Shown here: in pieces, positions 8,701 to 16,127 of the stretch | Numbering within the stretch: the first letter of the stretch is position 1 | Layout: every line of letters starts with the position of its first letter | NCBI RefSeq assembly: GCF_037902255.1 | Contig: NZ_CP147990.1 | Span: 3,090,001-3,122,000, forward strand | DNA length: 32,000 nt | From: Candidatus Electrothrix sp. GW3-4 | GTDB taxonomy: Bacteria > Desulfobacterota > Desulfobulbia > Desulfobulbales > Desulfobulbaceae | Direction of reading: 5' to 3' | Translations under genes and position numbers: made by a program | Notes under the pieces: model-generated | Told to the model about the DNA's origin: nothing | Database searches by the model: none | What the model saw: only the letters and a program-made list of their open reading frames with translations

Positions 8701-9706
8701 GGATAACCGATTTCTTGCCTCCGCAGCTTCAGATAAGACCATAAAAATATGGGACGTGCAGACAGGAGTATGCCTGCGGACTCTGCCTGTAGAAGACGAG
8801 GTTGAAACCAGTATATCTTTTTCGCCAAATGGTCGCCTCTTTGCTGCTGGCTTAAAAAACAAAACCATCAACCTTTGGGATAATACCACAGGAAAGCGTT
8901 TACAAACCTTAAAAGGGGTCAGCGGGGTAAGCACTTTTTCCTCGGATAGTCGCCTGCTCGCTGTCTCTGATTCAACCGATCACACTATCAGCATCTGGGA
9001 TATATCTACTGGTCAACGTGTGCAAACTTTGAAAAGGCATAAGGCTTGGGTTGATCATCTCGTATTCTCATCAGATAATCTTCTCCTTGCCTCCAGCTCT
9101 ATGGACAAGACCATCGCCATCTGGGACGTGAAAACCGGTAAACGTGTGCGCACCCTGAAAGAAAACATTGCTTCAGAGGGCAGCATTGCTTTCTCCCCGG
9201 ACAATCGCTTCCTCGCCTTCACCACCGACGACAACACCGTCGTCCTCTGGGATTTAGAACCCGCAATCAACGAATTCTCCGGCATCTCCCTTGACGAAAA
9301 CGGCGAGTACAAAATTGACCTGGATACCCTACCCTACAAACTGGAAGGCCTCGAACTCAAACCCATCGAGCAGCAACAAAACACCCCGGACAAACCCGCC
9401 CGCTGGAGCCGCTACCACCCCTTCCACTGGCTGCCCGCCGCCGAAAAAGGCGACAGCAACGCCATGCTGCAAATCGGCATCATCTACGACCGCAACAACG
9501 ACATCGCCCGCGCCCTGCCCTGGTACGGAAAGGCCATCAAGGCCGGTAATGAGCAGGCCCAAAAACAACAGGACATCCTCCTCCACTGGCTGGAGGACAA
9601 GGAAAACTGGCAGACCGTGCCCGGCCCGTTTCGTACCACCTTCTGTAAAGCAAAAGTGGCGTTTGAGCTGCCTGAGAAGGTAGCGGATCTGTGCGAAGAG
9701 CAGTGA
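5729..9706 (+). CDS. STAND-type P-loop NTPase / single TM helix / 14 WD40 repeats / Sel1 repeat protein
   Basis: The N-terminus [33 protein letters not shown] (Walker A, K64 at 5918-5920) and Walker B [9 protein letters not shown] (6230-6244) are typical of the WD40-linked STAND NTPases of multicellular bacteria. A hydrophobic helix [20 protein letters not shown] lies at 7193-7252. Fourteen FSPDG...WD repeats span 7529-9259. A Sel1-like repeat [38 protein letters not shown] lies at 9449-9562. The ORF opens at GTG 5729, but the ATG at 5765 (MINTDNPY...) is an equally likely start. Confidence 0.9.
   Translation: [1325 protein letters not shown]
7529..9259 (+). repeat. 14 tandem WD40 coding repeats (about 40-44 codons each; two predicted 7-bladed propellers)
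   Basis: The protein-level unit [41 protein letters not shown] recurs 14 times. Short nucleotide strings such as ttttctccagacgg also recur. Confidence 0.9.
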
Positions 9707-10120
9707 ATCGGGACCTCCCGGTCAAAGCAAATTCGAGCAGGTGCTGCAATGGGCGCAGCAACAAGAGGCAGTACCGTAGCGCCGACCTGCCTCCCGGCCT
9801 AGCGGACAGAGAGAAGGAGCCAGCAAACAGTCTGCAGCAGTTTCGCAACCCGCCTTCCCTCCTTTGCAACCTTCTCCGCAAGGCCAGGATCATCTTCCCC
9901 CAAAGAGGAATGCTCCGGCAGAGGGAAAGAAGGTTCCCGCGCAGGGTTGGAGCCTTTCTGCACCATCGCAGCGTCATCCTGCAGAGGACCAGGATCCCTC
10001 GGCCCCCTTGCTGGATCATCCCCCAACAGATCAGCACCATGCAAAACAAGGGCGGAATAATCTTGCGGCTGGCAAATCTTCCCCCTGAACATGAGCACTG
10101 CTTCGGCGATCTCATCAGCT

Positions 10121-10156
10121 TGATGAACAGACTTGAACTGATGAACAGACTTGAAC
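10121..10156. repeat. Perfect 18-bp tandem direct repeat TGATGAACAGACTTGAAC x2 upstream of the AIM24-family gene
   Basis: Read directly (10121-10138 and 10139-10156). The second copy ends in TTGAAC, 18 nt before TAAGGT (10175-10180), which is a weak -35/-10 arrangement. Confidence 0.9.
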
Positions 10157-10209
10157 ATTACCCGTGAAATGCGGTAAGGTCAGCTATCAGAACAAAACAG
10201 GAGGTACAG

Positions 10210-11214
10210 ATGAGTACAAATAACTTTCGCGTCATTCTCAAGGGGACCCTGGCACCGGGAGCCGACCCTGCCCAAACCACTGCTGCCCTGGCAAAGCTGT
10301 TTAAAACCGATCCCCAAAAGGCAGCTGCCCTTCTCCAAGGAGAGAGCAGGGTCATTCGCAAGGATCTTTCCCGGGAAATGGCAGAAAAATTCAAAAAAAA
10401 GATCCTGGCCACCGGCGCACTCTGTGATGTGGAGCTGATGGGGCTGTCCGGTGCGCTCTCTGAACCAGCGCCTTCCGTCCCAAAGCCCAAGGAACCCGCA
10501 CCGGCTACCAGCAATTCCAGTCCTGCTAACCGCTTTTCCATAGAGCAGTTTATCAGCAGGACAGCCCAGCAGGATCGTGGTCAGGGGACCTTTGAACTGG
10601 AAAACGAGCGCATGCTGGAGATCAACCTGGAAAACGAGCTGTGGATCAAGACCGGGGCCATGATCTCCTATACCGGGGAGATTCGCTTTGAACGGGAAGG
10701 GGTCCTGGAGAAAGGGCTGAGCAAATTCCTGAAAAAGGCGGTCAGCGGGGAAGGGGCCAGGCTCACCAAGGCCATTGGTCAGGGCAGCATGTACCTGGCA
10801 GACCAGGGCAAGAAGATCATCCTCCTGGAGCTGATGGATGAGGCGATCTTTGTCAACGGCAACGATATCCTGGCCCTGGAAACCAGCATTGACTGGGACA
10901 TCAACATCATGAAAAAGGTGACCGCAGTCATGGCGGGTGGGCTGTTCAATGTCCGCTTGGATGGCAGGGGCATCATCGCCATCACCAGCCACTACGATCC
11001 CCTGACCCTGCGGGTGACCCCTGACAAGCCCGTGGTGACCGACCCCAACGCCACCATTGCTTGGTCCGGCTCCCTGCAGCCGGAGCTGAAGACCGACATC
11101 AGCCTGAAGACCCTGCTGGGCAGAGGCAGCGGCGAATCCATCCAGATGAAATTTCAGGGGGATGGATTTGTGGTGGTGCAGCCCTTTGAAGAGATAACTT
11201 TTCAAAAACAGTGA
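10210..11214 (+). CDS. AIM24 (DUF124) family protein with an extra ~75-aa N-terminal domain and Pro/Ser linker
   Basis: AGGAGG lies 6 nt upstream of the ATG. The C-terminal ~210 aa match the AIM24/DUF124 pattern: WIKTGAMISYTGEIRFE, SGEGARLTKAIGQGSMYLA, NGNDILALETSIDWDI, GGLFNVRLDGRGIIAITSHYDP, PNATIAWS and IQMKFQGDGFVVVQP. Confidence 0.75.
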   Translation: MSTNNFRVILKGTLAPGADPAQTTAALAKLFKTDPQKAAALLQGESRVIRKDLSREMAEKFKKKILATGALCDVELMGLSGALSEPAPSVPKPKEPAPATSNSSPANRFSIEQFISRTAQQDRGQGTFELENERMLEINLENELWIKTGAMISYTGEIRFEREGVLEKGLSKFLKKAVSGEGARLTKAIGQGSMYLADQGKKIILLELMDEAIFVNGNDILALETSIDWDINIMKKVTAVMAGGLFNVRLDGRGIIAITSHYDPLTLRVTPDKPVVTDPNATIAWSGSLQPELKTDISLKTLLGRGSGESIQMKFQGDGFVVVQPFEEITFQKQ

Positions 11215-11352
11215 ACAAGCAGGAGGAACATCAATACCGAAGACTGCGGGCTGCTGCTTGCCCCTCCTTCCACTGGCTGCCCTTCTGCATTTCACGAGTA
11301 AAACAGCCGATATGATTCCACCCAACCAAACAGAGAACAACTGACCTTCCCG

Positions 11353-13854
11353 GTGTATCCAGCAAGCTCACCCCATATTGACGAAAAGATCCGGGGCATT
11401 GTCCAGCGGATCACCTACCATAACCAGGATAATGGCTGGTCTGTGTTGCGGGTTAACCCCTTTGATGCCCAGGGGGAAACCGTCACCGTCACGGTGCATC
11501 AGATGCAGGTCTTTGCCGGAGCTACCATGGAGTTCTCCGGCTCCTGGACCGTCCATCCCAAATTTGGTCGCCAGTTCAAAGCAGATGAGGCCACAGAGCT
11601 AAAACCGGCATCTGCCGGGGCATTGGAGAAATACCTGGGTTCCGGTCTGATCAAAGGGGTCGGTCCCAAGACCGCCCAGAAGATCGTCCGCCATTTCGGC
11701 AAAGACACCCTGGAGGTTTTTGAGGAGCAGATCCAACGCCTCACCGAGGTGCCCGGCATTGCCCAGAAAAAGCTCACCTCCATCAGCGCGGCCTGGCAGG
11801 AACATCGGGCCGTTCGTGATGTGATGCTCTTTCTCCAATCCCACGGCATCTCCACCCTCTTTGCCGTTCGCATCTATAAGCAGTACGGCGACAACTCCAT
11901 TGCCCTGGTCTCAGAAAACCCCTACCGCTTGGCAGCGGATTTTTACGGAATCGGTTTTTTCTCTGCCGACAAGGTAGCCCTGTCCATCGGCTTTGCCCCG
12001 GACTCCCCCCTGCGCATCACCGCGGCCATCCGTCATGTCCTGTCTGCCAGCCGGGAACAAGGGCATTGCTACCTGACTCAGGAGCAGATTGCCAAGGAGG
12101 TTAACAAGCTGCTGGAGATGAACATCTCCGACCAGATCGCTCTGTTTCTTCATGAGATGGAGCAGGACGATGCCCTGCGAGTCCGCCTCCTCGTTACTCA
12201 TCCCAGCCCTGATGCTGGTCAGGAGCCGGAACGCTGTTACTACTCCAAGACGCTCTATTATGATGAAGACTATGTAGCCACCCGCCTGCGCAAGCTGACC
12301 GGCCCGCTGGAGCATGATCCGGCCCGGATCGCCTCCTGGCTGGAACGCTACAATGAACAGACCGGGGTCCTTCTCTCCGAGGAACAGGCTGCTGCGGTTC
12401 GCTCCATTGCGGGCTGCCAATGCGCCATCCTCACTGGCGGACCGGGCTGCGGCAAGACCACCACCACCAAGGTGTTAGTAGCCCTGCTCCAGGCTATGGG
12501 CCGCTCGGTGCTGCTGGCCGCTCCCACTGGGCGGGCGGCCCAACGCATGGGTGAGGTCATCAGCATGGAGGCCAAGACCATCCACCGCCTCCTGGAATTT
12601 CAGGGCACCGGTTTCAAGCGCAATGAAGAGAATCCCCTCCAGACCGATGTGCTGATCCTGGATGAGTGCTCCATGCTGGATATCAGCCTGACTGCCTCCC
12701 TGCTCCGGGCTGTGGCCGACGAAACAGCCATCCTCTTTATCGGGGATGCGGATCAGTTGCCCTCGGTGGGGGCGGGCAATGTACTGCGGGATATGATTGC
12801 CTCTACGGTTATCCCCACTCATACCCTGAAGACCATCTTCCGTCAGGCCAGGGAATCCAGAATTATCACCTATGCCCATCAGATCAACCAAGGGACATCC
12901 CCACGAATCGAATCGCCCTTTAAACAACCAGAAATCTGGCAGGAAGCAGACTGTTTTTTCATTGATTCGGACGAGGCCACCAAGGCCCAGCTGAGCTTCA
13001 TTGCCCGCACCAGGCAGCATCTGCAAACCATTGAGGAACGGGAAGCCGCAGCTGCGGATGATCCTCTTGCTGTTGATATCGTTGATACAGCAGGGCCGGA
13101 TAACTCGTACCAAGGCTTTGAGATCCCTGAGCAGTTCCAGCATGTCAACCTCCAGGCCCTGACCACAGCAGAAGGCCCGGCCGGAGAACTGGCTGTGGTG
13201 GCCAAGAAGGTCCATCCCTGGTCCTCACTCTACTACGGCATGACAGCGGTGGATGTGGTGCAGCGGCTCTACACCGAGTGGATTCCCAAATACTGCGGCC
13301 CGAACTGCGAGATTCAGGTGCTCTCTCCTATGATCCGGGGCAGCCTGGGCACGGCAGCGCTCAATAAAACCCTTCAGCAGGCGGTCAATCCGGGCCAAGC
13401 GGGCAGGCCTGAGATCATGGTCGGGGAACGGGTCTTTCGGGTCAGTGATCGGGTGATTCATCGGCGCAATAACTATGACTTGGGGGTATTCAACGGCGAC
13501 ATCGGCAGAATCACAGCGGTGAATAATGAGGCCATGACCCTGCACGTCTGCTTTCTCCCGGATCAGCGGGAGGTGGAATACCAGCGCGAGCAGATCACCG
13601 AACTGGAGCTGGCCTATGCCATCACCATCCATAAATCCCAGGGTTCGGAGTTCGAAGTCGTTATCCTGCCCGTCCTGACCCAACATTTTCGGATGCTCTT
13701 CCGCAATCTCGTCTATACCGGCCTGACCAGAGCAAGGAAACTGGCCGTGTTTGTCGGTACCCGCAAGGCCTTGGCTATGGCGGTGCATAATCAGGATACC
13801 GGCCTGCGGCAGACGGCGTTGCAGGAGTTATTAAGAGGGGAAGACACCATTTAA
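11353..13854 (+). CDS. recD2: SF1B ATP-dependent RecD-like DNA helicase (RecD2)
   Basis: N-terminal OB-like region (GWSVLRV) and an HhH region (LGSGLIKGVGPKTAQKIV). Walker A is LTGGPGCGKTT and Walker B is VLILDECSMLD, followed by GDADQLPSVGAGNVL and AITIHKSQGSEF. The start is GTG. Confidence 0.9.
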   Translation: MYPASSPHIDEKIRGIVQRITYHNQDNGWSVLRVNPFDAQGETVTVTVHQMQVFAGATMEFSGSWTVHPKFGRQFKADEATELKPASAGALEKYLGSGLIKGVGPKTAQKIVRHFGKDTLEVFEEQIQRLTEVPGIAQKKLTSISAAWQEHRAVRDVMLFLQSHGISTLFAVRIYKQYGDNSIALVSENPYRLAADFYGIGFFSADKVALSIGFAPDSPLRITAAIRHVLSASREQGHCYLTQEQIAKEVNKLLEMNISDQIALFLHEMEQDDALRVRLLVTHPSPDAGQEPERCYYSKTLYYDEDYVATRLRKLTGPLEHDPARIASWLERYNEQTGVLLSEEQAAAVRSIAGCQCAILTGGPGCGKTTTTKVLVALLQAMGRSVLLAAPTGRAAQRMGEVISMEAKTIHRLLEFQGTGFKRNEENPLQTDVLILDECSMLDISLTASLLRAVADETAILFIGDADQLPSVGAGNVLRDMIASTVIPTHTLKTIFRQARESRIITYAHQINQGTSPRIESPFKQPEIWQEADCFFIDSDEATKAQLSFIARTRQHLQTIEEREAAAADDPLAVDIVDTAGPDNSYQGFEIPEQFQHVNLQALTTAEGPAGELAVVAKKVHPWSSLYYGMTAVDVVQRLYTEWIPKYCGPNCEIQVLSPMIRGSLGTAALNKTLQQAVNPGQAGRPEIMVGERVFRVSDRVIHRRNNYDLGVFNGDIGRITAVNNEAMTLHVCFLPDQREVEYQREQITELELAYAITIHKSQGSEFEVVILPVLTQHFRMLFRNLVYTGLTRARKLAVFVGTRKALAMAVHNQDTGLRQTALQELLRGEDTI

Positions 13855-13868
13855 CCTCTCAAAAAAAA

Positions 13869-14504
13869 TCAAAAAAAGACACAGGAAAGCAGATTCACCT
13901 CCACGCCATGCAACAGATTCAAGGCGAGTCGCAGGCACCATACCCCGAGCAACAAGGCATAGGAAAAGAGATTGACTCTGTACATCAGGCTCTTCGGATT
14001 GATCTTTTTTTCCTGGGCCTGTTTACAAATAAAAGGGTACTCAAACCATACAGAGACAAGATAGGCAGGCCCCAGGCCAACAATTCCGCAAAGTGGGAGC
14101 AGCCAAAAAAGTTTTTCTTCAAGTTCTGGAGATGGAAGAATAAACGACGCCAGTATGGCGAGATTGCTTAGTCCTTCCAGCATCTCATTATCGTAAAATA
14201 AAGCAGGGATGCTTACAAGAAACGAGGTGGCAAACTGCAGAAACCAGGCAATGGGACACCCGAGAATCGTTGAAGTCAGATTAGCCTTGAGAGAAATAAA
14301 GGTGGCTGTCAACCAATGCAGCGAGAGCGCCTGACTCAGCAATATTCCTTCGATGAGGATTACCGGCACAAGCAGAGAAAGCATAAAGGGCAGCTGGATC
14401 GCGACGATGGGAATCCCCGCGTCGGCGTAAGAACAGGACGCCGTTAACAGCACGACAAGACATCCCGCCGAGAAAATCAGGAGTGGTTTCTTCCGAGCAG
14501 CCAC
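13869..14504 (-). CDS. Polytopic integral membrane protein, unknown function
   Basis: Several hydrophobic helices. The GTG start lies 9 nt after the upstream transglutaminase-like stop and is preceded by GGGTGGGG, suggesting an operon. I recognise no family. Confidence 0.55.
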   Translation of the reverse strand: MAARKKPLLIFSAGCLVVLLTASCSYADAGIPIVAIQLPFMLSLLVPVILIEGILLSQALSLHWLTATFISLKANLTSTILGCPIAWFLQFATSFLVSIPALFYDNEMLEGLSNLAILASFILPSPELEEKLFWLLPLCGIVGLGPAYLVSVWFEYPFICKQAQEKKINPKSLMYRVNLFSYALLLGVWCLRLALNLLHGVEVNLLSCVFF

Positions 14505-14513
14505 ACCCCACCC

Positions 14514-15977
14514 TTATTCCTGAGCTGGCAGGATCTCAATCTGCAATTTTCCGATCAAAGCACCGATAGCAAGCTGCCCTTCCAGATCACCACGGGTAAA
14601 GCGGATATGATACAAATCCGCAGGGATCTGGTTGACTGTGGTATCCAGGCTGAGCCACTGCCCAACCAGGCAGACCTCATTCCACGCGTGATAGTAAAAA
14701 GAGTCATTTTGTAGGGTTACACCGGCGGCAATTGTGGTGGGGATATTGAGGCTGCGGGCAAGAGCAGCAAAAAGGGCAGCATGCTCATTGCAATCACCTT
14801 TGCCGCTCTTCAAGGTAGTAAGGGCGTCTGGCAGCCCAATAACCGGACGTTTCTCAAGGTTGTTGTACACCCAGTCAGTTAAGAGAGCAACCTGGCGTGC
14901 AGGATCTGTCTCCTCGCCGACAATCTCCTGGGCCTTTGCCTGGAGAGCAGGGTCGTCTGATTGCACATAACGACTTGCCTGTAAGGTGGCATCATCCCCG
15001 GCACAGCTATTTTCACTGGCTATATTTTCTCCTCCCGATGACGGAGGAAAGACTTCTTTGTTCAGGGTGAGTTTGCCATCAACGAAATGCTGCCGGCCAC
15101 CGTTCAACTCCACCTCTGCTTCTGTTGGAAACTGGAGCTGAAAGACAGCCTTGGTGCTGTTCTCCTGAAAAAGCTTTCCGGTATATTGCACAGCAACTGC
15201 AGATAAGAGCTCATCACCGCTATCCTGAATATCCATTGCCTTGAACTTCGGTTCTGCCTGAAAGACAAAACCAGCAGGAGAGCGTTCCCGGACCACCTTC
15301 CCCTCATCGTCTAACCAAAACTCCGTCTGCATCCCAGCATATGATTCTGTAAAGAGGTGTATGTTATATATCCTTTTATGAAGAAGTTTTTTTTCTCTTC
15401 CCTTATAGGTAACAACAGACGTCTTTGCAGAGAGCGAAAAGGGATCAAAGAAGGGGACCTTGAGCTTATCTCCTTTTTCTTTGACTCCACTCAATAAGTA
15501 GCTTCGTTGATTGAGTGGGAGTACAGGAGGGCCTTGGAGGGTGAGAGTGTCCTCCATTATCGCGCCCCCGGTATCCAGAGAAAAATAAACTGTATTACCT
15601 TCCACCCGACCATTTGCCGTTGTGCTGTAAAATGGAGAAGAAAAGGAAAATTCAAAGGTGCGGAGCTGTAGACCTTTTCCCACCTTTGCACTGAGATTCA
15701 TCGTAATTGGCTGCACTGAATTCAGCACCTTGAGTCGAAGAGAGGCTTCCTGGTGAATATGCAAGCCATCTTCGCCATCAGGACGGATATCCTCCATGAC
15801 ATAACCAATACGCTTTTCCTGGAGATATACCCCATAATACTGTTGGTACTTGGCAAGGGTGAGCACCTCTTGCTCAGCACTATCTAAGGTGCTGACTAAA
15901 AAATCCTTTTTTACTAAGACAACTAAAAGGACAACCCAACAGCAGATAACAAGTAACTTGACGACACGAAATATCAT
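14514..15977 (-). CDS. Membrane-anchored transglutaminase-like cysteine protease-fold protein
   Basis: C-terminal transglutaminase core with a Cys-His-Asp triad context: GKGDCNEHAALFAALARSLNIP, YYHAWNEV and LSLDTT. The N-terminal signal-anchor is MIFRVVKLLVICCWVVLLVVLV. The ORF is open to a TTG at 16025, and I prefer the ATG at 15977. Confidence 0.8.
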   Translation of the reverse strand: MIFRVVKLLVICCWVVLLVVLVKKDFLVSTLDSAEQEVLTLAKYQQYYGVYLQEKRIGYVMEDIRPDGEDGLHIHQEASLRLKVLNSVQPITMNLSAKVGKGLQLRTFEFSFSSPFYSTTANGRVEGNTVYFSLDTGGAIMEDTLTLQGPPVLPLNQRSYLLSGVKEKGDKLKVPFFDPFSLSAKTSVVTYKGREKKLLHKRIYNIHLFTESYAGMQTEFWLDDEGKVVRERSPAGFVFQAEPKFKAMDIQDSGDELLSAVAVQYTGKLFQENSTKAVFQLQFPTEAEVELNGGRQHFVDGKLTLNKEVFPPSSGGENIASENSCAGDDATLQASRYVQSDDPALQAKAQEIVGEETDPARQVALLTDWVYNNLEKRPVIGLPDALTTLKSGKGDCNEHAALFAALARSLNIPTTIAAGVTLQNDSFYYHAWNEVCLVGQWLSLDTTVNQIPADLYHIRFTRGDLEGQLAIGALIGKLQIEILPAQE

Positions 15978-16127
15978 GGCAAAACAGAGCAGTATAATAG
16001 AGGAGAAATACGATTCGTCAGTCAATCAACATTACGAGGTACGAGAAGAGGAAGAAGGAGAGGTTAATGAGAAGAAAAAATACAGATACCGAGACATTCC
16101 TGTCTCGGTTCAAAGCTGTCTTGTTTT

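Noticed and set aside
7529-9259. Periodic nucleotide repeats that could be mistaken for a CRISPR-like or satellite array
   Set aside because: The ~120-130 nt periodicity is the WD40 coding repeat inside one long open reading frame. The units are imperfect, and there is no short-repeat/unique-spacer organisation.
9420-9436. Exact 17-nt match CCTTCCACTGGCTGCCC between the STAND gene C-terminal region (9420-9436) and the AIM24-recD2 intergenic region (11266-11282)
   Set aside because: The flanking sequence shows no extended similarity. By rough estimate a single 17-mer coincidence in 32 kb is only marginally unexpected (a few percent). That is not enough to call a repeat element.
9708-9760. Terminator after the STAND gene (small hairpins CGGGACCTCCCG and GCTGCAATGGGCGCAGC)
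   Set aside because: The stems are only 4-5 bp and neither is followed by a T-tract. That is not enough to call an intrinsic terminator.
9799-10158. 119-aa minus-strand ORF (MFKSVHQFKSVHQADEIAEAV...) in the spacer right of the cluster
   Set aside because: Its composition is more protein-like than the neighbouring junk ORFs. However, it has no Shine-Dalgarno, its N-terminus is just the 18-bp tandem repeat, the middle is Pro/Gly/Asp low complexity, and I recognise no motif. It is kept only as a possible gene relic in the spacer finding.
10180-11340. Long antisense ORFs inside confident genes (386 aa at 10180-11340, 329 aa at 19922-20911, 246 aa at 12475-13215, 187 aa at 5157-5720, 209 aa at 6626-7255, and others)
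   Set aside because: These are shadow ORFs opposite genes with clear family signatures. Their translations are Gly/Arg/Leu/Gln-rich with no motifs and no ribosome-binding sites.
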